Shown: positions 48,848-62,429 of the stretch, piece by piece
Layout: every line of letters begins with the position of its first letter
Position numbering within the stretch: position 1 is the stretch's first letter
Assembly: GCF_964194155.1 (NCBI RefSeq)
Contig: NC_135901.1
Span: 11,408,001 to 11,472,000 of the forward strand
From: Cetorhinus maximus
Lineage: Eukaryota
Direction of reading: 5' to 3'
DNA: 64,000 nt
The notes under the pieces: model-generated
What the model was told of the DNA's origin: nothing
Database searches by the model: none
Seen by the model: only the letters and a program-made list of their open reading frames with translations
Position numbers and translations under genes: made by a program

Positions 48848-49299
48848 ATACCAGGCTGATCTTTTCTACTGAACTGTACTCAGAGTGAGTCATTCCAATT
48901 CCCATTTGGTGTTGTGATTTTTCTCTTTTATTCTAAGTGCAGCATCCCATTAATTACCATTCTATCTCATTCAAGAGTAGTGGAGGAATGTTACTGTCCA
49001 ATGTGACATTCACATAATATGATGTTTTTATATCAGACACAGAAGCATTTGCAATCAGGTTGGAGATAACTCTCATATCTCCCGTTCTGAAGCACTTTGT
49101 CTCGAAAGATACAAATGGGAATTAGCCAAATCTTTAAAAGGCAAAATCTTTAGCTCAAATCGTCATGATGCTGTCAGTGGAAAGGGGTAACTTCTCTGAT
49201 TGTTTGCAAATGGGTGGAGAAAACAGTCACAAATGCACACAATTGTGTCAAATTTACATAACTTCATATTCAGATTGAAGATAAATCAAACACATTTTG

Positions 49300-49635
49300 A
49301 ATTTTGCTTTTCCAATTAATTTACTTTTTCATTCAGCTACTGTTTTGTTTATTTTGTTACAGCCTTTACCACTCTTTTTGCCTTTAATTCAATTATATCT
49401 TTGTTATTTAATTTCTCCCACCCTCTAACCTATCCCCGACCTTCACCATCGTTCTACCTGACCGTTCCCCCCTTTTTCAACAGCATAAAACCCATCCTAT
49501 TTCTACCTCTCTTCACTTCTGAAGAAGAGTCATACTGTACTTGAAACATTAACTCTGTTTCTCTCTTCACAGCTGCTGCCAGACCTGCTGAGTTTTTCCA
49601 GAATCTTCTGTTTTTATTTCAGATCTCCAGCATCC
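49300..49635 (+). mobile_element. PLE pLTR fragment with degenerate hammerhead
   Basis: ctgaagaagagtcatactgtacttgaaacattaactc at ~49519-49555. Confidence 0.7.
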
Positions 49636-49639
49636 TTAA

Positions 49640-51720
49640 GTACATTGCTTAAGCGTTAAGGACATAGAGTACCTGGTGGAGTTTAATTGAATAATTCTAC
49701 ACACCCCAGATACCACAGTGGTATTATTAAGAAAGGGCCAAACTAAGGGAGTATCCCCAGTGTGATAGAGTAGATTAATTATGGAGTTACAAAGCATGGT
49801 ATTAATATCCTGTAACCTCACAAATATCAATTGGCTGGGATGTTGCAGTATGAAAGAATACTATATGCTTGTCAGATGAAAGAGGCCGTGTCCAATGGGC
49901 CTATCAAGGCCACACAACTGTTAAACTCCACTCGGGTTTATGTGGATGAGTCTCGGTTTTATAAAGAAGGACTGTATCAGACTCGTGCTGTGATTTTGCT
50001 TCATGATAGCTGTAGTACCTTTATTCAATACCCACTACAATATTTAGCCCAGAAGTCTGCTGTTATTGTGATCACAGCCCTTCAAACTGTTACTGATGGA
50101 ATCTCCAACTATCCTGAAACTATCCTTTGGTTGTAACTCCCTCAGGGAAAACTTACCTCTCTGGAAAAAAAAAACATAGCTTCTCCACAGCAGAAAGGAA
50201 ACCACTCACCCACCAATCCAAACTCTGAATGATTTGGGATATTGCTGATAAGTGTCCAGTACAAATTGTGATTTGTAATGTGAAGGTACATCAGCAGCAG
50301 GAGTTAGTGCAGAGGGTGATGGTAATAACCAGGCAGACTGACTCACCAGGAAAGCTGCTCCAGAGGGGATTCCATGGAATCCACTCAAAACACAATGAGT
50401 TGCACCAGTACGACAGACTGCAGTTAAACCTGATTTGAAAACTTGTCAGGACCCTGACCCTGATGTGACTATGGTCAAAGAGGCAGTACAGCATTGGAAA
50501 GATTTTCCCTCATCCCTCACAGCAAGTAAGGATTCACTCATCCTACATGATGAGGTTTTCTATTACGAGGATGGCTCTAATTTTGATTTGGTTCATATCT
50601 TCATGGCTTAGAAAAGAATGAATTTTGTTTATGAAGCAAATTAGGGGAGTGTTTCTCTGTTTCCAGTCCTCGATATGTTACATAATTACTCTTGGTGGCT
50701 GAGGATGCACCAGGCTGCCCATTATCACCTGAACCTGTGTCTCATCTGTGTCCAGATGAATCTGGCCCTGCAAAATGTAAGATGCCAATGGGATGTCCCA
50801 TCTGAATTCTGTCCCTGGGAAACTTACACAGGCCCACAACCCACAGTAAAGGAGGGGACCACTCTATCCTGGTAGTTATAGATATGTTTACCTGGTGGAC
50901 TGAAGCTTTCCCTGTCTGTAAAAATGCAGTCACTACAGCTAAAATCTTGTGGGAACAGATCTTTACCAGATGGGACTTTCTGAAAAGGATAGAAGTGACA
51001 ATGGTTCTAATTTCACAGCAGTAGTAATACAGCAGCTCTGTCATCTTGTGGTTGTGGAATAACATTTCCAAACCCACAACCACCCAGAGTCCAGTGGGAT
51101 GATCGAGAGCTTTATTCACTCCGGAGAAACAACACTGAAAAAAGCTGTCACGAAGGGAGCTGATGATCTGGTCAAGGCCAATGACTGGGTCACTGCCTTG
51201 TCTGGTGTCTTAATGACCATTCACTCCCCTCCTGTTCACTCCCCGGTCGCAGCCCATTTCAGCTCACGACAGGTCACCCACTCCAGATTGTGAATCCCCC
51301 CCCGGGTCACACTCCCCATGGCTACTTGACAGACTCATGACCAGTTTCTCCAGAACCTTCAACAAACCTCAGCATTCTCCCTGCTACAGGCAGTGAAGAA
51401 GATGGTGCTGCCCATCTCAACACCTCCCGGGAAAAGCACCCCACCCGTTAAATTAACTGTCCGATGGGAGATGAAGTAATGTTAAAAACATTGTTAAAGG
51501 GGGTCAGTCTGGGGGGCTACTTGGGAAGGTTCATATGATGATCTGGATAAATTGGGAGAAACAAATCTTAGATTGAGTATTCAGTAACAAGAGAAGGAAA
51601 CACAATATCTGTGTTACCATGGAAATCAGTGTAAACTCGACAAACTGAAAAGGTCAGATAACTAGATGGAAAATAAACTGTGTTTGATTTTATCCAACAG
51701 GGACACGATGGTCATCGTGC
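49640..51720 (+). mobile_element. Degenerate endogenous retrovirus-like pol (RNase H + integrase)
   Basis: VYVDESRF and VKVH..GNNQAD (RNase H); WWLRM..CLICVQMN (IN zinc domain); LVVIDMFTWWTEAFP..SDNGSNFT..HPESSGMIE (IN core); many stops. Confidence 0.8.
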
Positions 51721-52005
51721 TCCTGGACAGTGTCCAGGCTGAAGTTCTGTTCCTGCCGAATGATCCTCCCCCAGATTGTCCTTTCTGAGCTCCAGCCAGG
51801 TGATGTTAAACACTCAGGTGGGAAAGACAAAACCGTACAACAATATGTTTAAAACAAAGGGAGTTTATTTGATGTATAATCAGAATACTAAACTTCAGTT
51901 CAATTATTAACATCAGCAGAAAGAAACACTGACTTTCAGAATAAACATGGTTCAATCCTGAGCATGATTAACAGCAGCAAGAACAGCAGAATCCAACCCC
52001 TGCAG

Positions 52006-52932
52006 TCACTTGTGAACTCGCTGGTGTCTCACCAGGTGGGATGACTGAGTGAATCCTTTCCCACACTCGGAGCAGGTAAACAGCCTCTCCCCAGTGTGAA
52101 CTCGCTGGTGTCTCAGCAGGTTGGATGCATGGACGAATCCCTTCCCACACTTGGAGCAGGTGAACGGCCTCTCCCCAGTGTGTGTACGTTGGTGTACTAG
52201 CAATTCACGTCTGCTTTTAAAGCTCTTCTCACAGTCAGAACATTTAAAAGGTCTCTGATCAGTGTGAACAAGTTGGTGTGCAGTGAGGCGGGATAATCGG
52301 GAGAATTTCTTCCCACACATAGAGCAGGTGAATGGCCTCTCCCCAGTGTGAATTCGCTGGTGTATCAGAAAGTCAGATGAATGAATGAATCCCTTCCCAC
52401 ACTCGGAGCAGGTGAACAGCCTCTCCCCAGTGTGAATGTGTTGGTGTGTCAGCAACTGGTACTTGCGTTTAAAGCTCTTCTCACAGTCAGAACATTTAAA
52501 AGGTCTCTCATCTGTGTGAACCTGTTGGTGTGCAGTGAGGTGGGATGACCGAGAGAATCCCTTCCCACACTCAGAGCAGGTGAATGGCCTCTCCCCAGTG
52601 TGAACTCTCTGGTGGGCCAGCAGGTGGGCTGACTGGGTGTATCCCTTCCCACAGGCAGAGCAGGTGAATGGCCTCTCTCCAGTATGAACTCGCTGGTGTG
52701 TCCGAAGATCTGATGAATTAATGAATCCCTTCCCACACATGGAGCAGGTGAACGGCCTCTCCTCAGTGTGAGTGAGTTGGTGTCTCAGAAGGTCAGATGA
52801 CCGAGTGAATCCCTTCCCACACAAGGAGCAGGTGAACGGTCTCTCCCCAGTGTGAGTGCGTCGATGAGTTTCCAGCTGCGACTGGTATTTGAATCCCTTC
52901 CCACAGTCCCCACATTTCCATGGTTTCTCCAT
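52006..52932 (-). CDS. C2H2 zinc-finger protein (ZNF-G), 11 fingers, 308 aa
   Basis: accATGgag at 52932 gives [10 protein letters not shown]...HQRVHK; acceptor at 53247; degenerate fingers upstream in the UTR. Confidence 0.92.
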   Translation of the reverse strand: MEKPWKCGDCGKGFKYQSQLETHRRTHTGERPFTCSLCGKGFTRSSDLLRHQLTHTEERPFTCSMCGKGFINSSDLRTHQRVHTGERPFTCSACGKGYTQSAHLLAHQRVHTGERPFTCSECGKGFSRSSHLTAHQQVHTDERPFKCSDCEKSFKRKYQLLTHQHIHTGERLFTCSECGKGFIHSSDFLIHQRIHTGERPFTCSMCGKKFSRLSRLTAHQLVHTDQRPFKCSDCEKSFKSRRELLVHQRTHTGERPFTCSKCGKGFVHASNLLRHQRVHTGERLFTCSECGKGFTQSSHLVRHQRVHK

Positions 52933-53914
52933 GGTGCTGGTGCCCTTCTGTCTCTCCAACTTGGAAGATCAGTTGAAGCTTCGTCCACATACAGAACACA
53001 TGTACATTTTCTCCTCGCTGTGAATGGTGTGATTTCTTTTCAGGCTGTGGAACACTCACACACAGGTGTGTGTGTCTCGGTGCTTTCCCAGTCACACTGA
53101 TGTTTGAAATCTCTTCCCACGGACAAACATATTTCCTTCCGTGTTCAGAGGCCGATGATATTCAGGCCCTGATGAATCGAGTGACTCTGTCAGATCTTGA
53201 TAATTGGTTTTAGTTTCCCATCTGTAAATCTTCCCCTCCTAATGCCCTGTAAAAAAAGTTTACAGAGAATTACACAGAATATACGGAATAGACACAGGCC
53301 ATTCAGCCCAACTAGTCTCTGCAGGTCTTTATATTTCACATGCTTCTCATTCCATCCCATCTACCTCAGCTCAGTCTTTCACTTTATCTTTCTATTCCTT
53401 TTTCTCTCACGCACTTGCCTAGTTTCCTTTTGAAATTATCTCAGCTTTTTGCCACAACCACTTCCTGTGGTCGTGAGTTCCACTTTCTAACCGCTCTGAG
53501 TAAACACATTTCTCCTTATTTCCCTACTGGATTTATCAGTAACTATCTTATATTTCTGGCCCCTAGTTTTGGATTCTCCCACATCTCCACATCTACAAGG
53601 TCTCACATGGCAGACTGGGCAGAAAAATAAAACCTCATGAGATCCCAGAACAAGTTACAAGTTGGATCAAAAATAGGCTCAATGGCAGGAAGTGATGAAT
53701 GTCAGTCGATAGGTGTTTTTTTGTGATTGGAAGGCTGTTTCCAATGGGTTTTCACAGAGCTCAGTACTGGCTCCTTTATTCATGGTTTATATTATCGATT
53801 CAGACTTAAATGTCAGAACATGGATAACAATACAAAAATTGCTCTACGTTTTGTCATGAGATAGAAAGCTGGAGACTGCAGGGAGATAACAATGTACTGC
53901 TCAGGTAGGCAAGA

Positions 53915-55150
53915 TCATAAGAGATAGGAGCCAGAGTAGGCCATTCACCCTTTGAGGCTGCACCTCCCGTTAATAAGACCATGGCTGATCTGATTGTGGT
54001 CTTAACTCCATTTTCCTGTCTGTCCCCAATCCCATTAGCCTTTGATTCTTTTGTAGGTCAAACATCTGTCTAACTCAGCCTTGAAATATTCAATGACACA
54101 GCCTCCACACTTTCTGTGGAAGAGAATTCCAAAGACTAATGCCCCTCTGAGAGAAAAATATTCCTCCTCATCACCATCTTAAATGGGAGACTCCTCACTT
54201 TTAAACAGTATCCCTTAATTTTCAATCCCCCCACGAGAAGAAACATAGTCTCAGCATCTACCCTGTCAAGACTCCTCAGAATCCTGTATGTTTCAATAAG
54301 ATCACCTCTCATTCTTCTGAACTCCAATAGATACAGGCCCATCCTTTCCTCATAAGACAACACCTTCATCCCTGGAATCAGCCAAGTAAACCTTCTCTGA
54401 ACTGCTTCCAGTGCAAGTATATCCCTCCTTAAGTAAGGAGGCCAAAACTGTACACAGTATTCCAGGTATGGTCTTACCAATGCCCTGTACAGTTGTACTT
54501 TTATACTTCATCCTCTTTGCAATAAAGGCCAACACTCCATTTGCCTTCCTAATCACTTGCAGTACCTGAATGCTAACTTTTCACAATTCACGTACAAGGA
54601 CACCCAGATCCCTCTATGCTGCAGCATTCTGCAGTCTCTCTCTCTCTCCCTATTTCAATAATATTCTGCTTTTCTATTCTTCCTGCCAAAGTGGACATCC
54701 TCACATTTACCACATTATACTCCATCTGCTATTTTTTTACCTACTCACTTAACCGATCTATATCCCTTTGCAGACTTTTTGTATCCTCCTCACAATTTGA
54801 TTTTGTACCTATCTTTGTATCATTAGCAAATTTTGCTACAATGCTATGGTCCCTTCAGCCAAGACATCAGTATAGATCGTCAATAGTTGAGGCCCCAACA
54901 CTGATCCCTGTGGCAGTCCACTAGTTCAGTTTGCCAGCCTGAAAATGACCCATTTATCCCAACTCACTCTTTCCTGTTAGTTAGCCAGTTCTCTATCCAT
55001 ACTAATATATCACCCCCAACACCATGAGCTCTTATCTTGTGCAGTAACCTTTAATGTGACTGTTCATTGAATGCCTTTTGTGAATCCAAACACACTCCAT
55101 CTACTGGTTCCCCTTTATCCATTCTGCTTATTACATCTGCAAAGAACTCA
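53915..55150 (-). mobile_element. CR1 3' fragment in ZNF-G intron
   Basis: VRPYLEYCVQFWPPYLRRDILALEAVQRRFT; more CR1 pieces at 53270-53900. Confidence 0.85.
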
Positions 55151-55459
55151 AGGCTCCTCGATCATTTTGAAGGAGAGCCCTTCAAAAGAAAAAAGGGAGT
55201 GAGAAGGAACCCACAAAGGCAGGTTATGAAATTGAGCTGAATGAATCTGGTATTTTTGGGGCTGGCTCTTGGAAAAAGTGACCATGAAAACTGCTGGATT
55301 GTCATAAAAATCCAAAAGGTTCACTAATGTCCTTCAGGGAATGGAGCCTGCCACCGAGTCACTCTACACAAGACTCTGGCCTCTAGGGGAAGATTGAGAG
55401 AAAAAGAGGGAAAGGAAGTTGCGAAGGAGAGGGATTTCATATTTCTACAACTAAGCCAG

Positions 55460-55640
55460 ATGTTTCCCACAGTCACCACACTGAGACAGTTTCTCCCCGG
55501 TATTAATGTGCTTGTGTCTCGACAGGCTAGGTGATTGGCTGAATTCTCATCCACACACAGCACACATGTACGGTTTCTCCCTGTTGTAAACACTGCTTTT
55601 TCCTTCCACGTTCACAATTCTATGATATTCAGGTTAGGAT
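55460..55640 (-). pseudogene. ZNF exon-start remnant
   Basis: taacctgaatatcatagaattgtgaacgtggaaggaaaaagc.. plus one finger; ATG changed to GTG. Confidence 0.7.
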
Positions 55641-55899
55641 AACCTGCCAGTCAGTCTGGACCTACAAGACCCTGGCCTCTATGGGAGGAAGGAGACAGAG
55701 AGAGGGGGGGCAGAAGGGGCGAAGGACAGAGGTTTTATGTATCTTCAACCTGATCACAACTTTGACGAAATCTTAAAAACCCTCACCCACCACCACCTAA
55801 AAGTAAATGCTCCCCTTCTCCCCCCTGTAAAAGGAGTTTCCAAAATCCATCCCTGTCAGTCCAGGATAGAAATGCACAATATTCTCTTCTCCTGCTGAC

Positions 55900-56345
55900 A
55901 GGGATATCGGCGCATGCGCCCTGCTGCACATTGACACCGAAAAGATTGCGGCCGTTAACCCGGGCCTGTCATCAGGATCAGTCCTGCGGCTGCTGCCCCG
56001 CTTGGACTAAATGCGAGACTGGTACATTCTTACTTTTGTTCCCAGGCCTCCACTGGGTGTACATTCTTACTTTTGTTCCCAGGCCTCCACTGGGTGTTTA
56101 TGAGGCCTCCCCGCCCATTCCGCCGCCTCCATTACCGTCCAAAAATCAGCCGTTGTTCACCGGTTGCGAAGTCGAGACGACCGCCTCACTGTCGCTACAG
56201 CAACCAAGTTGCGCATGCGCCAGTTGGAACAATGCGCACGCGCCATTCACAACCCGCCACTACGCCTGTGCCAGGGTTTCCTTTAATGCGTATAGGGCAC
56301 ATTCTGTATCGTCGCGGATGCTGGGTAAGAGCCGCGCCATTGAAA
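55900..56345 (-). promoter_or_regulatory. CpG-rich promoter/first exon of ZNF-G
   Basis: ZNF143-type site 56310-56328; NRF1 gcgcatgcgc ~55910 and ~56211; 37-bp tandem duplication at ~56023-56097. Confidence 0.65.
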
Positions 56346-56885
56346 CATGACATTGTTGAATAGAAAACTATGATTTGTGATCGGATTACGATGGAGCCAT
56401 GGGGCCAAGCTAGAAAACTATTAAATTAATTTATACAGCAAATAATGTGGCCCTCCACCATAATTCTGTCATCGGTGTAATTAACAACAGAACAAACCAC
56501 TACAGTTAAGTGTGAACTCACTGGGGCCTCAGCAGCTTGGAAGGTGAACAAGTGATTTTTCTTCCCCATGCATGGAACATTTAAACCATGTCTTGCCTGG
56601 AAGAGTGCACCCATTGTGGATAAAGTCCTTTGAACTTTTAAAGCTGCAGTGTGAACAGGTGGAAAAACTGAATAAATCCCATTGAACGCTTGTAGCATCT
56701 GAGTGGTCTCTCTCTGGAGTGACTGTGCTGCTGTGTCAGTAAATGGAATAACTGAGTGAATCCATTTCCACGTTCAGCTGGTGAATGATCTATTCATGGG
56801 TGTGAATTGACCCATCAGTTTCCAGCTCAGATGGGGATCTCAAACCCTTCTGATGATGAATTCCAGATTCTCAACATGTTCCCAG

Positions 56886-57116
56886 TAAAAAAAAAATACT
56901 GCAGATGCTGTAAATCTGAAATTTAAACAGACAATTCTGGAATTTTCTGCAGATCTGATAGCATCTGCAGAGGGGAGATATAATTTACATTTCAGATCTG
57001 CAACCTTTCATCAGAACTGCACTGTGTCAGTGCACAGAGCTGAAATGTTAATTATCTTTCCCAATCCACAGATGCTGTCAGACATGGTGAGGATTTGAAG
57101 CATTTTCTGTTTTTAT
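56886..57116. mobile_element. Old inverted-pLTR mini-PLE
   Basis: Minus: gttctgatgaaaggttgcagatctgaaatgtaa (hammerhead-like); plus-strand pLTR end follows. Confidence 0.6.
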
Positions 57117-58179
57117 ATCCTGATGAAGACATTTCTCCGGAATTGCACATTAGTTTTAGTGATGATGAACTCACATTTATTCTCAGCCATCTGCAACTGG
57201 AAACATCTTCCACTTGTCTTCCCTGTCAACCTCTTTTATAATCTGAAAAGCTCGATCAGGTCATCTCTCACTCTCTCTTTACCAGAGAAAACATCTCCAG
57301 CTTGTTCAGTCTTTCTTGATAGGTATAACCTTGCTGTTTTGGCATTATTCCAGTGCAGTTGCAGCAACTACCCTTTCACCTCCTCGGTTCCCACGTTCTG
57401 AGGCCCCAAATACACTTTCCAAGTGATACAGCAAATTACTTGTACTTCTTTCAATTTAGGATCGTGTATTCACTGCTTATGATGTGATCCCCTCCACACT
57501 AAGGTGACTAAATCAAGATTGGGCAACTGCTTTGTGGAACATCACCATTCAATCTTCAAATATATTCCTGAGCATCTGGTCATTTGCTATATTAATTCTC
57601 TGCCCCACACCCAGTCTGAATTCTCTGTCCTCAGCCTCCTACACTGATCATAATCACCACTCCCATTATTTCAGACAGTATGTGCTGGTAATGGTTCTGT
57701 TATTATTATTTATGCCTACTCTGGACCTGTCTTTTACTTGTTCACTTGTCCCATTAGTTTATTGTCTCATCACAAAAGTTTGTCTTGCATTATCCTCCTC
57801 TTTATCATTTAATAACTCCTGCCTTCCATCAACAATGTTCATTCCTCCTCTTCACCTCTTATCCTTGACTCTGTACTTGTTTTTGAACTGTTATATCTCT
57901 AAATTCTTCAACTTTTGATGAAGGTTCACTCACCTTAAGCATTGATGCTATTGCCCTCTCCATAGAGGCTGTTTGACCTGCTGAGTGTTTCCAACAATAT
58001 CTGTTTTGAGTACAAATTTGCAGCTTCTGCAGTATTTTGTTTTTGGGTCACTGTGGATCAGTTTTCTCTCACTTAACGTGACCTGTTTAAAGAAGTTAAA
58101 GAAGGAGCCATTAAAGAATGAGACAACAGTTATTGTCACCCTGTTCGAAAACAAATGGAACAAAATGTTAATTGATCAT

Positions 58180-58545
58180 TTTTTTAATATACCTTGATGG
58201 GATGTGGAGTCGCTGTCAAGACTAGCAGTTATGACCAAAACCTAATTTCCATTGACCTTAGTGGCTTGATCGGCCATTTTCGAAGGCAGTTAAAAGTCAA
58301 CCACATCACCGTGGGCCGGGAGTCACATGTAGGTCAGACCAGGTAAGGACAGCAGATTTCATCCCCAAAAGGAAATTAGAGAACCAGGTGCGTTTTTATG
58401 ACAATCAACGATAGCTTCATGGTCACAGTTACTGAGACCAGTTTTCAATTTCAGACTTATTGATTAATTGAATTTAAACTCCACCCACTGCCACGGTGGG
58501 ATTTGAACCTATGTCCACACTTCTGGATTCTTTGTCCAGTGACCC
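58180..58545 (-). mobile_element. tRNA-derived SINE
   Basis: Reverse complement of 16620-16975. Confidence 0.7.
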
Positions 58546-59344
58546 GATCGTCTGCCCTTAGCAATTGAAACGCTAAGTTTCCACATTGGCTCAAAGCAGG
58601 AATAACCAGAGGTCTTCAATAGAAGATAGTGTAAAATTATTAACACTGAACTCTGTTAAAACCTCTTTTGTGGTATAGTGAGGTCGGAAAATGGAGAAAT
58701 AGGGCTTAATATAAATTAATGCCAAGGGAGAAAGATTCTGGGAAATAATGACAAACTCTAAAACACTTACTGCAGCTAAAAGCTAAAATTCTTGAAGATT
58801 GTTTGTGTGAGCTAAAGGCCAGAATGTAGGGGCCTCTCTGAGATAAATGGCAACAGGGTGTAGCAGCCTGCAGACATGGGGAAATAGAACCAGGGTGAAT
58901 ACACGGAACATTACATGATTAAATAAGGCTAACATTGCTGTCACGAACTGTGAATATGATAAACTTAGGTGATTAAGTAAGGCTAACAATGCTGCCATGA
59001 GCTATACCTGATTGGTTAAGAGAAACATTCTCAGGGCATGATCACCACAGGGATTAGCATTGATTGGGGACAGGCAGAGGTTAATTGGATAAGAGGCAAC
59101 ATGAAAGAGATCCTCCTGAGCAAGGCTGTGTGGAGGAGAAGGAGCAGCCAAGAGAAGGAGAAACAGAGAATAGATTTGATACGAGTGGAATAACCCACAT
59201 TAAACTGTAAATCACTGCCAGAGTTTTTCACTGTCGTTTACATGAACTTGATAAACATTGTCCTGACTTTGTCTCAATAAAGTTGTTTCACAACTGATCT
59301 TTGTTACCATGCCTGTTTCTGCTGATAAAAGAGAAATTAAAACT

Positions 59345-62315
59345 TCAGACTGTGTCCCTGTTTATATTAAAACAGACTGTATCAGTGTTTCTATTAAAGT
59401 AGAATGTATCTCTGCTTATATTACAGAAGGCACCATCTCAGATTACTGCACTAGACAATGTCACTGTTTCAATTATACCAGGCCCTATCTCAGTTATTAC
59501 TGCGCTAGTCTCTGACTCTGTGTATATTAAATTAGACACTTATTAGACAGTTATTATTACAATTGAGCCTGAATATATTTAAATTAACGAGGTCATCTCT
59601 CTGTTTGTATTACAATAGCCCTTTCCTCAGTTATTAATGCATTAGACCATGTTTCTAATTAGAACAAACCAGGATCTGTCTCAGTTATTACCGCATTGTA
59701 TCATATCTCTCATTATTTAACAATAGGCTATATTCAAGACATTACCGCAATGGATCCCCTCTGATTATCACCAGACTCGACCATGTCTCTATTTATATTA
59801 CACATGACTGTCATTCATGCCCTTGGTGCTGTCTCAGTTGTTACAAACTAGACCATGTTTCTGTTTATATTTGATTAGGCCCCGTCTCAGTTATTTGACC
59901 ATGTCTCTAATTATATCTACCTATATTACACGAGGCCCTGTGTTAGTAACAACATTATTAACAATTCAAAAGGACTTAATTGGTTGTAAAGTGCTTTGAC
60001 ACGTTTGGTGATCATGAAATAAGCTATATAAATGTAAATATTTCTTAATATTATTTTGAACTGTACTAGACCCTGTCCAGGTTTATAGTACACTAGACCC
60101 AGTGCACAGATTACTGCACTAGACCCTGTCCCTGTTTATAATGCACTCGGCCTTGTTTTGCTTTTTACTGATCTTGACCATGGCTCAGTTATTGCTATAT
60201 GAGACGAGCTCACTATTTGCACTACACTAGTCAAAGTAGCTACTGCAGTCGACTGTACCACTGTAATTTGGGCCCTTTGCCTGTTACATTACAGTGGGCC
60301 ATATCACAATATATATTAGTTATTAGAACAAAGAACAAAGAAAAGTACAGCACAGGAACAGGCCCTTCGGCCCTCCAAGCCTGCACCGATCATATTGCCC
60401 GTCAACTAAAACATTTTGCACTTCTGGGGCCCATATCCCTCTATTCCCAACCTATTCATGTATTTGTCAAGCTGCCTTTTAAACACCATTATCGTACCTG
60501 CTTCCACCACCTCCTCTGGCAGCGAATTCCAGACACTCACTAACCTCTGTGTAAAAAACTTGCCCCGCACATCACCTTTATAGTTTTCTTCTCTCACTTT
60601 AAATCTATGTCCCCTAGTAATTGACTCTTCCACCCTGAGAAAAAGCTTCTGACTATCTACTCTGTCCATGCCACTCATAATTTTGTAAACTTCTATCAAG
60701 GTGCCCCTCAATCTCCGTCACTCTAGTGAGAACAATCCGAGTTTCTCCAACCTTTCCTCATAGCTAAAAACCTCCAGACCAGCCAGCATTCCTGGTAAAC
60801 CTCCTCTGCACCCTCTCCAACGCCTCCATATCCTTCTGGTAATGTGGTGACCAGAATTGCACGCAATATTCCAAGTGTGACCTAACCAAGGTTCTATACA
60901 GCTGCAGCATGACTTCCCAGCTTTTATACTCAATATCCCTGCCAATGAAGGCAAGCATGCCATATGTCTTCCTGACTACCTTATCCACCTTCATTGCCAC
61001 TTTCAGTGACCTGTGGACCTGTACACCCAGATCCCTCTGCCCGTCGATGTACTTAAGGGTTCTGCCATTTACTGTGTAATTCCTGCCTGTATGAGACCTT
61101 CCAAAATGCATTACCTCGGATTTGTCCGGATTAAACTCCATCTGCCACTTCTCTATATCCCGTTGTATCCTTTGACAATCTTCTTCACTATCTGGAACTC
61201 CTCCAACCTTAGTGTCGTCTGCAGACTTACTAATTAGCCCAGTTACATTTTCCTCCAAATCATTTATGTATACCACAAACAGCAAAGGTCCCAGCACTGA
61301 TCCCTGCAGAACTCCACTAGTCACAGCTCTCCATTCAGAAAAGCACCCTTCCACTGCTACCTTCTGTCTTCTATGATGAAGCCAATTCTGTATCCATCCT
61401 GCCAGCTCACGTCTGATCCCATGCAACTTTACCTTCTGTACCAGTCTGCCATGAGGGACCTTGTCAAAGGCCTTACTGAAATCCATGTATATAACATCTG
61501 CTGCCCTTCCATCGTCGATCATCTTTGTCACTTTCTCGAAAAATTCGATCAAGTTAGTGAGACACGACCTCCCCTTCACAAAGCCATGTTGCCTCTCACT
61601 AATATGCCCATTTTCTTCCAAATGGTAGTCAATCCTGTCACGAAGAATCTTCTCCAATAATTTCCCTACCACTGACGTAAGGTTCACCGGCCTGTAATTT
61701 CCTGGATTATCCCTGCTACCCTTCTTAAACAATGGAACAACATTGGCCATTCTCCAGTCCTCTGGGACCTCACCCGTAGCCAGTGAGGATACAAAGATTT
61801 CTGTCAAGGTCCCAGCAATCTCCTCCCTTGCCTCCCTCAGCACTCTGGGGTAGATCCCATCTGGCTCTGGGGACTTATCCACCTTAATATTCGTCAAGAC
61901 GCCTAACACCTCCTCTTTTTTGATCTCAACATGATCCAGGCTATCTACACACTCTTCCCTAGACAAATCGACCGCTAAGTCCTTCTCTTTGGTGAATACT
62001 GATGAGAAGTATTCATTTAGTATCTCTCCCATTACTTCTGGCTCCACACACAGATTTCCACCTCTGTCCCTAAGTGGGCCTACCCTTTCCCTGGCTACCC
62101 TTATTGTACTAGAGTCAGACCATGTCTTGTTTAATATTCCATTAGGCACCATCCTTTTCATTACTGCACGAGATCAGGTCTTGGATTATTTTATTCCTCC
62201 TGCTGCATCAGTAATCACTGCACTCGACCCTGTCTCAGTTGAGATTAATCTGGGCCCTGTCGCAGTCATCCCAACACTAGACCCTGTTTCAGTTTATATT
62301 AATCTAAGCTCTGTA
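59345..62315. repeat. Degenerate ~27-bp tandem array split by CR1
   Basis: tagacc-like units at 60067, 60094, 60120, 60147; alternating tagaccctgtctcagttattactgcac / tagaccatgtctctgtttatattacac; resumes at 62105-62315. Confidence 0.75.
60325..62100 (-). mobile_element. Relatively young CR1 (HER1-like) LINE, 5'-truncated
   Basis: Long RT reading frame (in ORF 60764-62161) with NYRPVNLTS, YMDFSKAFDKV, QGSVLGPLLF, SADD; 3' (ttctttg)n tail; frameshift ~60790. Confidence 0.92.
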
Positions 62316-62429
62316 TCGATAATCAATTGCAGGGTTATGGAGAAAAGGCGGGACAGTGTGATTAGCTGAGTGATTCTCGCAGATAAGACACGCCAGTTGT
62401 CCTCCTTCTCTGGTGGAACCATTGTTTGA

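Noticed and set aside
58647-59347. Possible additional solo LTR
   Set aside because: Has AATAAA, an internal repeat and tgaa/ttca ends, but no TSD or second copy.
60764-62161. 465-aa ORF as a host gene
   Set aside because: Truncated CR1 RT whose start comes from the flanking tandem repeat; frameshifted C-terminus.
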